Shown in pieces: positions 13,141-25,950 of a stretch of DNA of 64,000 bases. A program made the translations under genes and the position numbers. Positions within the stretch are counted from its first letter, which is position 1, and each line of letters begins with the position of its first letter. The notes under the pieces are model-generated. The model did no database searches, was not told where the DNA came from, and worked only from the letters and a program-made list of their open reading frames with translations. The stretch comes from Octopus sinensis (lineage: Eukaryota), in the NCBI RefSeq assembly GCF_006345805.1, contig NC_042997.1:50778001-50842000 (forward strand), written 5' to 3'.

Positions 13141-13789
13141 ATTAATATCTAACGTATTATTCTAAGAGACATATTGTATCTTTCAACTGGTCTATTTTTT
13201 ATTAACATGCATCGCTATAACAATAGTTTGCCATATATTTTTAATATTGCTCAGTTTCCTTTGATATTATTCAATTCCCCATGCTTAGTCAGAGTCATAC
13301 GTCCCAACAGTTACTTTTCTACATCTGTAATTACTCAATGTTAATAACTAGAGAGATACGTGTTAAGAAAATCTTTATTGGGTCAATCATGGGTTAATAT
13401 AGTCGATAATGATGACAGCAAAGCGGCCTCTATTCATCACTTGATTTAAGTGATGAATGGATCCAAGCTGTAATTTTTATCTACAACAATGATTTATTTA
13501 TTGAAACATTTTACTACACATTTTATAATTGCATAAAAATACATCGAACTCTGACTTTTGACAGTCTTCAGCATGTTAAAGGGGTAAAACATAATTTGTT
13601 TATATTTGACTCTTTTCACAACAGTTGTTTGTAAACAAAGCGCTGACTGTTGTCATTTTAAATTATGAAACAAGATTCCAAAATCACTCATTACATATCA
13701 AAGTAAAATTTTTCGATTTTGTACTAAATTTCACGAAAATTTGAAGAAAATGATATGCGATTAACAGAAATTTTCTGTATGTTCATACA

Positions 13790-14190
13790 GAAGGAATTGT
13801 GCCAAATTTTGGCATTGAAAGCTACACCAATGCCAGAACGGGACAACACTGCATAGTGCTAAAGATCCCAGCAATGCCATCACGCTTCAGGACCAGTTAC
13901 TGCAACAGCCTGAGTTTCAAGGACCCACAGCTTTTTTTATATTCTCCCAAAGAGTCTGAGGAACTTGCACAAAGTAGATGTAGGGGTTTTTAAATCAAAG
14001 CTGGACCTCTTCTTATCGAGAGTCCCAGATGAACCTACCTCACGACAAGAGATGCAAATGAGGGTAGCTATATCAAACTCCATGCTTCACCAAGTGCCAC
14101 ATATTAGAGGAAGCTCTTAGTAATAACAGTGTAGCAAAACAGCTGTGCATCAGTATGGCCGCAGCTCTGAGCTGAAACTAGAGAGAAAAA
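13790..14190 (+). mobile_element. CR1-group LINE 3' fragment with 3' UTR stem-loop
   Basis: Encodes PNFGI...NSLSFKDPQLF..P and FKSKLDLFLSRVPDEP; ends tggccgcagctctgagctgaaactag. Confidence 0.8.
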
Positions 14191-15114
14191 AATGCAATTA
14201 TCCAGTAAATTTTACATAGATAAAATAATAAGCAGTTCGGAGTATTAACTGAATAATATAAATACCCAGTAATTATTAGCCAAACAGACCTTCAACCTTT
14301 TGGTAATTTTGATATATGAATTATCTCTCATGTCAGAAATTCCTAAATAACTGCACTTCAGAATTCTTGGATGTTGGATGTTGCTATGGTAGACTTTATC
14401 ATTGAGAAATCAGAATTGGTTAAGTTAGGAAACGTTAACAAGCATTGGATGCCATTCGCAACATTAAGAAATCAGGAACAGACAGGTTAGTTAAATATAT
14501 CTGCTTAATTGTGTTCCTTCAAAATTAGAGAAAAACTGATCTAGCACCCTAATTTACTGAAAAAATGCACAATGTAAGGACAGGCCAGAAATTATCTTCT
14601 AATAACTAAACCTAGTAATCAGTAATGCAAAAGAGGCTCAATTACACTGTAGCGTAACTCCTATCCAAATCCAAAATCCAAAACTAGTCCCACCCAGGGC
14701 TATCGTAGGATCATTGTAGGCATGCGAAACAATCTTTGTACGGGGCCTTATAGTACATGTATATATTTACTTAGTAATAGCAAGTCACAACCTACATTGA
14801 TCAGAATTGGGCCCCTAGACCCGCGAGACCCCTGTCAAATTTTCAGTGTACCCAGTACACTTTTGTCACTTCTGTAACAGTTTCATGTGAATTATCTGTA
14901 ACATAAAACACATAGTTGTGTCGATCGATGAATCCTTTCACATGAAATGCTGTTTTATTTGACCAAGTCACACGAACAATGAGATAAAATTTTCTACGAA
15001 AGAACACCATTTTCTCGCAGAATTGTGTTCAACGACAAAAATTGTCTTCAGCTAGTATTTAAAAACCTTAGAACGCGTCACAATGATGTTCTGAGGACTG
15101 GTATTCAAGTTTAA

Positions 15115-15890
15115 ACAATTTTATTCACTTAGTTTTCCGTGTTTACACTTATTTTGCCTTCAAAATATTTTCCATTTGAAGCAATGCATCGGTCGAGACG
15201 CGTTTTCCACTGTTCGAAGCAGTCCTGGAACTCTTGCAAAGTGATGCCTTTTAACGCCTCCGTCGTTTATTTTTTCTTTTTTTTTTTCTTCACCTCTTCC
15301 ACATCTGCAAAACGTTTTCCCTTAAAGACTTTTTTCATTGGGAGGAACAAAAAAAAAGAAGTTGCTGGAAGCAAGATCGGGTGAATACGGAGGTGGGTAA
15401 GGAGGTCATGCCATTTTAGGTCAAAAACTCTCCCACCAAGGCGGTGTGCGCAGGTGCATTGTTGGGATGAAACCACCACTCTCCATTTTGCCACAAGTCG
15501 TGGCGTTTTCGACTCACCGCGTTTCGCAACCGCTTTAGAACCGCCAAGTAAAATGTCTGGTTAACAGTTTGAGGAGGAACAAATTCTTTGTGGACATTTT
15601 CTTTCGCATCGATGAAACCACCTGTTCAGTTGCCATTTTCTCCAGCGGAAAACAGAATTTCAAGGAAGCACATTGTTCCTTCGTTTCAGTCATCGCAAAA
15701 ATCGACGAACAGGATAGAAGCACTGCGAAACAAAGACGCACCATGTGGCAGTAGGACTCCACATGCCGATGCCGGTTGGTAGACTGATACCTGAGGGTCG
15801 CATCAAGTGACTTCTAGCGGTGGAAGTCTAACTTACAACGGGCTTGTTCCACAGAGAACGTTTCCAGTTACTTTTGGGTACCCCCTCGTA
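15115..15890 (-). mobile_element. Decayed mariner element (one TIR retained)
   Basis: TIR ...gttacttttgggtaccccctcgTA; transposase remnants DFFLF-like motif and KGKRFADVEEVK; homologous to 17673 and 21220 copies. Confidence 0.85.
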
Positions 15891-17104
15891 CATATGCGAT
15901 GCCATAGGAAGCTGTCTATAAAGATGGCTAACTGGACATTATTTTCTATCCTGATTTATACCGGACGATCAAAGAAAGCACACCATCAATTAATGCTAAA
16001 CAGGATCTCAACCGTTCTTCTGGTTGGATAACATTAATGAACACTTTCCTCCGTCGACAACGAGTTGAAATCGGATACTAAAAAAGTAAATATTTCTGCA
16101 TAACCGGTTACATGCATAAGTGACTTATTACAGAAATGAAAGTATGTGTATACAAACTTCGTGTATACAGTATCACTTTCAAGTAAATTTGGTCGGCTGT
16201 AACAATTCAACTCAATATATATCTCGTGATATTATTAATAACAATTTATGACATATCCTGTACAATCAATAAGATAAAAAAACGTTACGAAAGAACAACG
16301 TTTTATCGTAGAATTGAGTCCGACGACCAAAAGTCTTCATTTAGTATTTGCACTAGTCTAGGATTAAAGCCATCAATTTAAAACCTTTAGAATACTTCAC
16401 AATAATGTCCGGAGGACTGCTATTCAATTAAGATTAGCCATTCATAAGTTACCCTCTATATTTAGATTTCTAATTGAGTCCATCGTCAGAAATATATAAA
16501 AGGAAGTCATAGCAAATGGAAAATTATAAAAACAATGAAAAAAAATCTAGCATTTGCTGTAACCGAAACAAAATTAACAAGTTGATGACCCAGTTAGAAA
16601 TGTGCTATAATCTTTTTGGCTGAGTTCGTATTCTATCAGGCATCGCTATGTTGTTGGTAGTGGAGGCAGCAGCGGCATCCCAGATCGATTAATTATCTAC
16701 TACTACTAATAAATACCTCTTGAAATAGATTCTACTTTAATTCGTTTCACCGAAAACTGAAAAGTAAGCACTCCTTATTTCTACTTTTTTGTTCTCTTTT
16801 ATTTTTTTGTTTTTTTTTCTTATGTGTTATTGTTATTTGTTTGGTATTTTTTTCTTTTCTCATTGTCTAATATCCTAATTGAAACCATTTCACTTCACTT
16901 GCTATAAAATATTAACGGATGTCGGTTGCTGTCTCAATCAACGTGGCGAGCAGACTGTCCTCACAGTAAAGCAGATTCCATGCTTGTCATAAGAACCTTC
17001 GAGCTAACCCTTCCAAAATAAGTTATCGGCTTCATCAACCATGTTATGGGAGCTCTCTTTAAGTAACTACATGCCATTAGATAAAAATAACCTAGCCCTG
17101 AGAA

Positions 17105-17148
<44 letters not shown>

Positions 17149-17289
17149 TCTGTACACCCCCTCTTTTTTATTATCTCTGAATAAAAATTATCATTAGATT
17201 GACAATTTTTGTTTTCAGTTCCTAGATAGATTTGTTGTGTTCACGGAACTTGTGCAAAAGATACTACATTTGTTATCAACACATGTATA

Positions 17290-17550
17290 GGTAAAAGGTA
17301 AAATTACTTTCTCGGTCATGCCAACTTATAAGGGCCGATTTCCCGTTTTCCATGACTTGTAAATTCCCCACCTGGACGGGACACCGGTCCATCGCAGGAT
17401 TACTCATTTTTGCCAGCTGAGTGGACTGGAGCAACGTGAAATGAAGTCTTTTTGCTCAAGTACACAACACGTCACTCGGTCCAGAAATCGAAACTACAAT
17501 CTTTCGATCATGAGTCCAACACCCTAACCACTAAGCCACGCGCCTCCACT
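17290..17550 (-). mobile_element. tRNA-derived SINE (family S3)
   Basis: Head ggaggcgcgtggcttagtggttaggg, shared body ttcacgttgctccagtccactcagctgg with the 19469 copy. Confidence 0.85.
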
Positions 17551-17672
17551 AACACATGTACATTAAACCATGAAACAATTGTATCATTGAAACTTCCATA
17601 CACCGATTACAGCCACTTTGATCGTTTCGGTAACAGATGTCACTCAGGTGTTTCGGTAAACAAACACTTATT

Positions 17673-18985
17673 ATGAGGGGGTAACGAAAAGTAACTGGAA
17701 ACGTTCTCTGTGGGACAAATCTGTTGTAGTTCAGGCTTCCGCCGCTAGAAACCACTTGATGCGACCCTCAGGCATCTATGTACTGACCGGCGTCCTCGAG
17801 TGTTTTCCTACTGCCATGTGGTGCGTCTTTGCTTTGCAGTGCTTCCCTGTTTGTCGATTTCTTTTTGCGACGGCCGAAATGAAGTAACGGTGTGCTTTAG
17901 TGAAATTCTGCGTTTTTGTTATTTCGTTGTTTTTTTTTTTTGCTGGGGAAAACGGCGGCTGAAGCAGTTATCATGCTTCAAACAGTTTACAAGGGCGCTG
18001 CCATGAGCAAAACACAAGTTTAAGAGTGGTTTTCCCACTCTAACAATGGAAACTTCTTGCCTGAAGACCAACCTCGTTCAGGGCGACCGTCGACATCTCG
18101 AGCGATTAAAAACATCATGTAAATTCATGAACTGATTTTGGAGGACCGTCACCGAACAATTGACGAACTTGTTGATGTGACTGTCGGGTCCTGGAGCCTC
18201 TGCCAACGAATTTTAAACGAAAAATTGCGAATGAAAAGAGTTGCACCAAAATTTGCTCACAGAAGACCAAAAGCATTCACGACTGAATACGTGTCATGAA
18301 CTGAATAAAGGCACAGGAGTGGCTGTGTGGTAAGTAGCTTGCTTACCAACCACATGGTTCCGGGTTCAGTCCCACAGCGTGGAACCTTCGGCAAGTGACT
18401 TCTACTATAGCCTCGGGCCGACCAAAGCCTTGTGAGTAGATTTGGCAGTAGGAAACTGGAAGAAGCCTGTCGTATATATGTATATATGTGTATGTGTGTA
18501 TATGTTTGTGTGTCTGCGTTTGTCCCCGCCCCAACATCGCTTGACAACCGATGGTGGTGTGTTTAATTCTCCGTAACTTAGCGGTTCGGCAAAAGAGATC
18601 GATAGAATAAGTAGTAGGCTTCCAAAGAATAAGTCCTGGGGTCGATTTGCTCGAGTAAAGGCGGTGCTCCAGCATGGCCGCAGTCAAATGACTGAAACAA
18701 GTAAGTAAAGAGTAAGGAGTTGGAAGTTGAACCAGACCTTTTTTCGAAGGTCATCACTGGGGACTAAAGCTGGTGCTACGGAATTTTCAGGTGTGGAAAC
18801 GACGGAGGCGTTAAAAGGCATCACTTCGCAAGAGTTCCATCACTACATCGAACAGTAGAAAACGCATTTCGACTGATGCATTGCATCAAATGGGGAATAC
18901 TTTGAAGGCGATAAAAGTGTAAACATGTAAAACTAACTGAATAAAATATTGCAAACTTCCGGTTTCTTTTGAGTACACCCTTGTA
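17673..18985 (+). mobile_element. Decayed mariner element with both TIRs, interrupted by an S1 SINE
   Basis: TA-gagggggtaacgaaaagtaactggaa ... ttccggtttcttttgagtacacccttg-TA; remnants EDQPRSGRPST and ITGD*SW. Confidence 0.88.
18309..18716 (+). mobile_element. SINE family S1, full length
   Basis: A box gtggctgtgtgg, B box ggttcagtcc, CORE-like motif, CR1-like tail. Confidence 0.95.
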
Positions 18986-19468
18986 CATCGTAGTAGATGC
19001 AGTCTCCCACAATCAACAGCAACATTTTGGAATAATCAATTCGGTTTAACTCCAAACTGAAGTGTGTCATATCTGAGAAGAAAGAACTTTACACCAGAAA
19101 TACCAGAGGTTCATTTTTAACCCATTTCAATTTTCGATCTGCTTTTGCACAAAACACATAAAAAGTAGCATTTTGGACTTTCACTTCCTTTCAGGTCCTT
19201 TCATGAATTTCGGAGTTTTAAAGTAGTTTTCTTAAAATATGTGCGCCTATCTAGAAAGTAAAATTACCCGGTACTTCTAGTGTTAACATGGGTTGATGAA
19301 CTCGGGTAAAGCCGACCGCAGGCACAATATCCTCATGCACGGGTATTGCTGGCGTTTTGCATGGGCAGTAACAGTTAGTGATAGTCTTCTTTGATTACAA
19401 GTGGACATCCATCATCATCATTATTATCATCATCAGATATATTTGTATGTGTGTATGTATGTATGTAT

Positions 19469-19795
19469 GGTGAAGGCGCGTGGCTTAGTGGTTAGGGGCA
19501 TTCGGCTCATGATCGTAAGGTCGTGAGTTCAATTCCCAACGGCGCGTTGTGTCCTTCAGCAAGACACTTTATTTCACGTTGCTCCAGTCCGCTCATCTGG
19601 TAAAAATGAGTAGTACCTGTATTTCAAAGGGGCCAGCCTTGTCACACTCTGTATCACGCTGAATCTCCCCGAGAACTACATTAAGGGCACACGTGGAGTG
19701 CTCAGTCACTTGCACGTCAAATTTCACGAGCAAGCTGTTCCGTTGATCGTATCAGCTAGGACCCTCGTCGTCGCAACCGACGGAGTGCTCTTTTA
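19469..19795 (+). mobile_element. SINE family S3 within (TATG)n
   Basis: tRNA head with A box tggcttagtgg and B box gagttcaattcc; 3' part differs from the 17290 copy. Confidence 0.85.
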
Positions 19796-20367
19796 TGTAT
19801 GTATGTATGTATGTATGTATGTATGAGTTGTGGTTATTTAAAACAAGACCAAACTTGATCGAGCAGACCCATCATGAAAGCGTAATCATCCTTTTACACT
19901 TTTCATAACAATAACAGTATATCCTGTATTACATTATCTGAGGCATCTTTTGTGTTTTTAAGACAGTAAATTCTAACCCAAAAGTGTGAGCTCCTACGCG
20001 GGGGACCTCAACTGATAATGTGGTATAATGGAGTGTGAGCGTAGATCAAACGCTGCTCTATATTTTTTCATTCCATTCTCCAGAAGGAATTCCAGTTAAT
20101 TCTTAACAGAGAGAGACAATAGACCCAGTCATATGAATAATCCACAAAGGCAACCACTGGACTCAGTTTCTAAATGTTTGCTGCTATTCCTCATTGTTGA
20201 ACATCATTAATTTCTGTTTCCTTTAATCTTTCTTGTATTTCTTGCTTCTCCATTTTGGCTTTACTTTCAACTTTCTGCCATTCTTTATGCGGCATTATTT
20301 TTGAAATGCTATAAATTCTCACTAATGATCTTTATATTGAAAGCATGTGTATGCAAAAGAGGATAAA

Positions 20368-20385
20368 TCGATAGATAGATAGATA

Positions 20386-20476
<91 letters not shown>

Positions 20477-20477
20477 T
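20368..20477. repeat. (GATA)n microsatellite
   Basis: Direct reading. Confidence 0.97.
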
Positions 20478-20797
20478 AAGGGGAGAGTGAGAGACAAACA
20501 GACCGAGATATGAAGGACAGTAATCATGACCACATATTTCACACGTTAGCTACACAGAGAGTTATACAAACACACACACACCTATCTACTCGTTCACATA
20601 CATACGTATATACACGCAAATGTATATATATATTTATATATATGTATGTATGTATGTATGCATGTATGTATGTATGCATGTATGTCTGTATGTATGTATG
20701 TATGTATGTATGTATGTATGTATGTATGTATGTATGTATTTATGTACGTGTGTGTACATATATATGTAGATGCACATGAAAGCCAGGCAGTATAATA

Positions 20798-21015
20798 TTC
20801 TTTTCTACTCTAGGCACAAGGCCCGAAATTTTAGGGGAGTGGGGGCCAGTAGATTAGATCGACTCCAGTACGCAACTGGTTCTTAATTTATCGACCCCGG
20901 AAGAATGAAAGGCAAAGTCGACCTCGGCGGAATTTGAACTCAGAACATAAAGACCGACGAAATACTGCTAAACATTTCGCCCGGCGTGCTAACGTTTCTG
21001 CCAGCTTGCCGCCTT
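20798..21015 (-). mobile_element. SINE family S2 (tail type a)
   Basis: Head aggcggcaagctggcagaaacgttagc; Meta-like gcctttcattcttccggggtcgataaattaag; tail gggccttgtgcctagagtagaaaag. Confidence 0.9.
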
Positions 21016-21217
21016 TAGAGAGTGCACAACAGCTCAAGTTGTCGCTATGACTTTATGTCTGTATGAATCAAACAAATGGGAAGCATGAAATTCAAATTTA
21101 CCGCATAAATATAGTACTTCATGAGATATCTAGCTTTTTTTTTTTCACCACGTCAATTACTGTTACACTGAAGACAGCTACTCATTTAACCCCAGAGCAC
21201 ATAGCAACTGTACATAT

Positions 21218-21808
21218 ACTACGGGGTGCCCAAAAGAAACCGGAATGTTGCAGTATTATTTTATTCACTTAATTTTACATGTTTACACTTTTATCGCCTT
21301 CAAAGTATTTTCCATTTGAATGAAACTATGCATCGGTCCAGGTGCGTTTTCTACCGTTCGAAGCAGTGCTGGAACTCTTGCGAAGTGATGCCTTTCAACG
21401 CCTCCGTCCATTTTTTCTTCATCTAGTCCACATCTGCAAATTCCGTAGCACCAGCTTTCGTCACCAGTGATGACCTTCGAAAAAAGGTCCGGATCGATTT
21501 CCAACTGTTCTTTCAGTTCACGACACTCATTCAGTCTTTTGATCTTCTGTGAACAAGTGAAGCAAAAATGTTGCTGCAATTCTTTTCATTCGTAATGGTC
21601 TTCCAAGATCAGTTCACGACTTCTCATGATGTTTTCGTTCGTTCGGGAGGTCGACAGCCGTCCTGAACAGTACGTCTTCACCCGATGACAGGGTGGACAG
21701 ACTGATGCCTGAGGATCGCATCAAATGACTTCTAGCGGCAGAATCCTGAACTACAACGGGCTTGTCCTACAGAAAACCCTTCCAGTTATTTTGAGAACAC
21801 CCTCGTAT
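21218..21808 (-). mobile_element. Internally deleted mariner element
   Basis: Both TIRs recognisable; encodes ELKEQLEIDPDLFSKVITGDESWCYG. Confidence 0.88.
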
Positions 21809-22059
21809 TTACTATTTACCCATAGTATTGGGTGACAATAGTTTAAGACTGATGGCTAGAAATAAGCGTCCGAGTTCCATGAACAGACAAGAATTGCAAA
21901 ATTCCCTCTTCTCTACATTCCTTTTTTCCTTTTCTTTTTTTCTTTTCTTTACTTCTTGTTTTCTTCTCTCCTCTCTTCCTATCTTCATTTACTTTGGTAG
22001 TTGATGTGTTGGACTCCGGCAACGATGGCGTTTTAACGGACATTCTCTATATTTTCAAT

Positions 22060-22395
22060 TAAACGACTGATAGATTGAGAAATGAAAACCATGAATATCA
22101 GAAACAGCTGTAAGTCTATAATGCACAAGTAAACATATTATTTATACCTTCTCTTATATATGTATTTGAGTATTATGTATGTATGTATGTATGTATATAT
22201 ATATAACAAGAATTGTCTTTAATGAAAGTAGCATTAATTGTTTTAAGTTGTTCAATTTTTCGCAACTGATCATTAGACCAATTGAGTGAACCTATCAGTA
22301 ACATGCCTATAATGACTACTGGAAACAGCTGTAAGCCAGATTTGCTCCAATAAAGGAAAAATATGTAACGACCATTATTTATACCTTGTCTTAAA
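22060..22395 (+). mobile_element. Two degenerate Penelope pLTR-like modules with hammerhead 3' halves
   Basis: GAAAC-AGCT-GTA at ~22101 and ~22322, each followed by a ttatttataccttStctt tail and a microsatellite; CTGANGA core not intact. Confidence 0.5.
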
Positions 22396-22411
22396 CACAC
22401 ACACACATATT

Positions 22412-22459
<48 letters not shown>

Positions 22460-23152
22460 AATATATATATATATCTGTAAAATATTTCTTTCTTTTGTTA
22501 TCTTACCGTTTTTACCAATATATATATATATATAATATATATATATATATTCCATTTAGAATATAACCTTTGATTTTAATTCATAAATACCGTACACGGG
22601 TATTGACTGTCAGATACTGTCATCTGGTGAAAACAGGTCGCTTTACTGATAATAAATCTGTTAATCCGTAGTGTTATATAAACATTAACAAGAAGAATGG
22701 AGTGAGCAGTTCGTTTAATTGCATAACTCTACAACTATTTCATCGACGTTTTACCAGAGGTTTAATCCTGGAATACTCTTATATAATATACGAGATAATA
22801 CAGCAACTCGGTGTTATTTCAGCAATACTTCTATCAATTCTTCAGATTTATGTATACATCATTTATGTATACATCATTTATGTATACATCATTTAACCAA
22901 ATGTGACTTTATTTTTGAAATCTTATACCTTCTCAGTAAGGATCTTATACTGAAATTATGTGCATGCAAGCAAGTAAGAGGAGGAGAAAAAAAGACAGAC
23001 AGACAGACGAACAGACCGATGTGTAAGGAAAGAGTAACCATGCTCACATGTATGTCACAGGCTATCTAGATAGGCAGCTGCGCAAACACATACACTTACA
23101 TACAAACAATTTTTCATACATTTATGTCTGTGAGTGTAAGTGCAGGTGGGTA

Positions 23153-23190
<38 letters not shown>

Positions 23191-23194
<4 letters not shown>

Positions 23195-23481
23195 TAAATG
23201 AAAGAATGGAGCCGAACGAAGATGTTAACAAAATTCCTTTACTCTCGACACACGTTTCGAAGACGGTGATAATCATTATCACTGTGGTCACCATGTAGGC
23301 AATCATCAAATTTTTTTGTTCGTCTTGTGGCTGAGTTAGGCTCCTTATCTTTCCTGATTAGAAGATTGCATAATGCACCCTTTATTCCTTCGGAATAAAA
23401 GTATACCGTCTTCGAAACGTGTGTCAAGAGTAAAGGAATTTTGTTAACATCTTCGTTCGGCTCCATTCTTTCATTTATTCA
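23191..23481. mobile_element. Inverted Penelope pLTR-like pair next to (TA)n
   Basis: 77-bp arms 23191-23267 and 23405-23481, one mismatch; each arm carries GAAAC-GTGT-GTC. Confidence 0.75.
23349..23430 (+). ncRNA. Hammerhead ribozyme-like motif with branched stem II (G8U variant)
   Basis: CTGATTA 23354-23360, stem II gaaga/tcttc, GAAAC 23414, GTGT, GTC 23423-23425. Confidence 0.55.
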
Positions 23482-24335
23482 TATATAAAAAACACACAAA
23501 TTTCCACACAAGAACCCGGAGTTTCTACCCTTGACATGTCGCTTCAACCGTGTTTTCTGACGTGAATTTGCTACCCAGGTATCGGTTAAACGAATTTTCC
23601 ATGCTAGGATAATTCATTCACCTACTTAAATATATATATATATATATAAACAAAACAAAAAATGGAACAAGAACGTAACAGGCGACAACAAAACATCCGG
23701 ACGGTTAGACGATACAAACAGGGACGAGTCATTCGGAACTTTCTATCGTCAGTTGAGTTCCCGATCATCTCTGCAGTTTTGGCCGGTTACAGTCGAGACT
23801 GCTCCAATCTGGCCGACCCCAAGAAAATCTAAGAGCACTAGATTCTTTGGAAGAAAGCAAGCGAATGTATACGAAAACAAGGACGAAAAAATGGAGAAAT
23901 GGTACACAATTACAGATAAAAACAATAAGACATTAACAACAGGTGTCTTGCGACTAATACTCTTTAAATATTTACAATAACAGGTTGCCTAGAATGACTT
24001 CCACCTTAATTAAATATTTATAAATAACAACTATACATTCCTGAATAAAACTTTACGTTCTAATTTTCTATTGATTTAATATGAATGGACATAATATTGT
24101 AATAGATGGCATTTATACCAACATATCTGCTTGAGCTTTTCTTTTACTAAATAGCCTAGAAGAATATATTGACTTATTCTTACTTTACAACTCCAATATA
24201 CTCTACCTTCCTCCCCATTCTAAGGTCTATACCCTGTTTTATACTACGTTCTTTATGCATAAACTTTATCAGTTAACTTTTTGCAGCCGTATACTCAACA
24301 TGCAGGAATTAAACAACTATTTTGTATATCTTGGA

Positions 24336-24412
24336 CCACCCCTGACGATATTCAACTTTCAAATAATTTGTAATTTTAATAATTTTCTGAAATTGAGACA
24401 GCTGTAAGTGAT
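24336..24412 (+). ncRNA. Degenerate hammerhead motif
   Basis: CTGACGA at 24342, weak stem II attca/tgaaat with long loop, GAGAC-AGCT-GTA, then AATAAA and a T-rich tail to (TA)n. Confidence 0.45.
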
Positions 24413-24478
24413 GTTTATCAATTTGTTAATTAATAAATAATAATTTATTAATTATCTCTCTATTTTCTTATCTTATTG

Positions 24479-24519
<41 letters not shown>

Positions 24520-24699
24520 ACCACGGTTTATATAGTTGCGTTACAGTTGAATATTAATTGTAATGTTCAACATTCTTTGTATAGGTAAATAACCAGTATT
24601 TTCATAGGGTTTTGCTATCCCTTAATGAGGTTTGTAACCTTTATTTGAACTTTTCAGCACTCCTTCGTATGTATGTATGTATGTATGTATGTATGTATG

Positions 24700-25278
24700 T
24701 CATTATTCAGTTTATTTCAAGATTTCTTGCCAATAGAGAAAGAACCAGTTTCTAACCTAGATCCAAGGCTCCTTCACTGGAATTTCAACAGCAACAACAG
24801 GAAAATTTTGTTTATTTGTATGTATGTATGCATGGATGGATGGATGGATGGATGGATGGATGGACGGACGGACGGACGGATGGATGGATGTGCTGATTTG
24901 TATGTATTCTCATGCATATAGTTACATATCTAGACATACTCATATATATTTAAATGATAAACTTCTGGAAAGTTTTACAGAATTTTACAGTTCCAGTGAT
25001 GGATTAGAACTGTAGTCTTCGAATTAGCTTTTCTCCTTTCTGGTTTTGAGAACCCAAATTTCTCAAGACTGGTATTTAGGCAGTGTGTTACATATCCCAG
25101 GGCCCCAATAATTACAGGTATAAACCTGAACTTGTAATCTGGATAGAGGAACTGCAGATTTCACAATCCTTCAGCATAGGTATTCTCTTTTTCACTGGTC
25201 TTCAGCTTTATGTTAACATCCGCTGGACAGCTAATTTCCACAACTGTGCACAGTTTCTCTTCTCTATCCCAAATCATG
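24700..25278 (-). mobile_element. 5'-truncated RLE-type (R4/Dong/HERO-like) non-LTR retrotransposon in (TACA)n
   Basis: Encodes IWDREEKLCTVVEISCPADVNIKLKTSEKENTY..L..LYPDYKFRFIPVIIGALG, resembling a restriction-like endonuclease C-terminus; both flanks are (TATG)n. Confidence 0.8.
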
Positions 25279-25727
25279 TATGTATGTATGTATGCAGGTA
25301 TGTATGTATGTATGCAGGTATGTATGTATGTATGCAGGTATGTATGTATGTATGCAGGTATGTATGCAGGTATGCATGTATGTATGTATGTATGTATGTA
25401 TGTATGTATATATATGTGTTTATGTATGTATGTATGTATGCATGCATGTATGTATGTATGTATGTATGTATGTATGTATGTATTTATGTATGTATATATG
25501 TATGTATGTCTGTATTTATGTATGTATGTATGTATGTATGTATTTATGTATGTATGCATGCATGTATGTATGTATGCAGGTATGTATGTATGCATGCATG
25601 TATGTATGTATGTATGTATGTATGTATGTATGTATGTATATATGTATGTATGTATGTATATATATGTGTTTATGTATGTATGTATGTATGCATGCATGTA
25701 TGTATGTATGTATGTATGTATGTATGC
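25278..25727. repeat. (TATG)n array with higher-order variant units
   Basis: Direct reading; variants tgcagg and tgcatg recur. Confidence 0.97.
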
Positions 25728-25744
25728 AATTGTGTACTTCCTTG

Positions 25745-25950
25745 TATTCTTTTATTCTTTTACATGCTTCAGTCAACTGACTGTGGCCATGCTGGAGCAC
25801 CACCTTTTAGTCGAGCAAATCGACCCCCAGGATTTATTCTTTGTAAACCTAGTACTTATTCTATCAGTCTTTTTTGCCGAACCGCCAAATGACGGGGACG
25901 TAAACACACCAACATCGCATGTCAAGCGATGTTGGCGAGGACAAACACAG
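25745..25950 (-). mobile_element. SINE family S1, 3' half
   Basis: Similarity to 54700-54900. Confidence 0.9.

Noticed and set aside
19469-19545. tRNA genes at SINE heads
   Set aside because: A and B boxes continue into SINE bodies with no complete cloverleaf or terminator.
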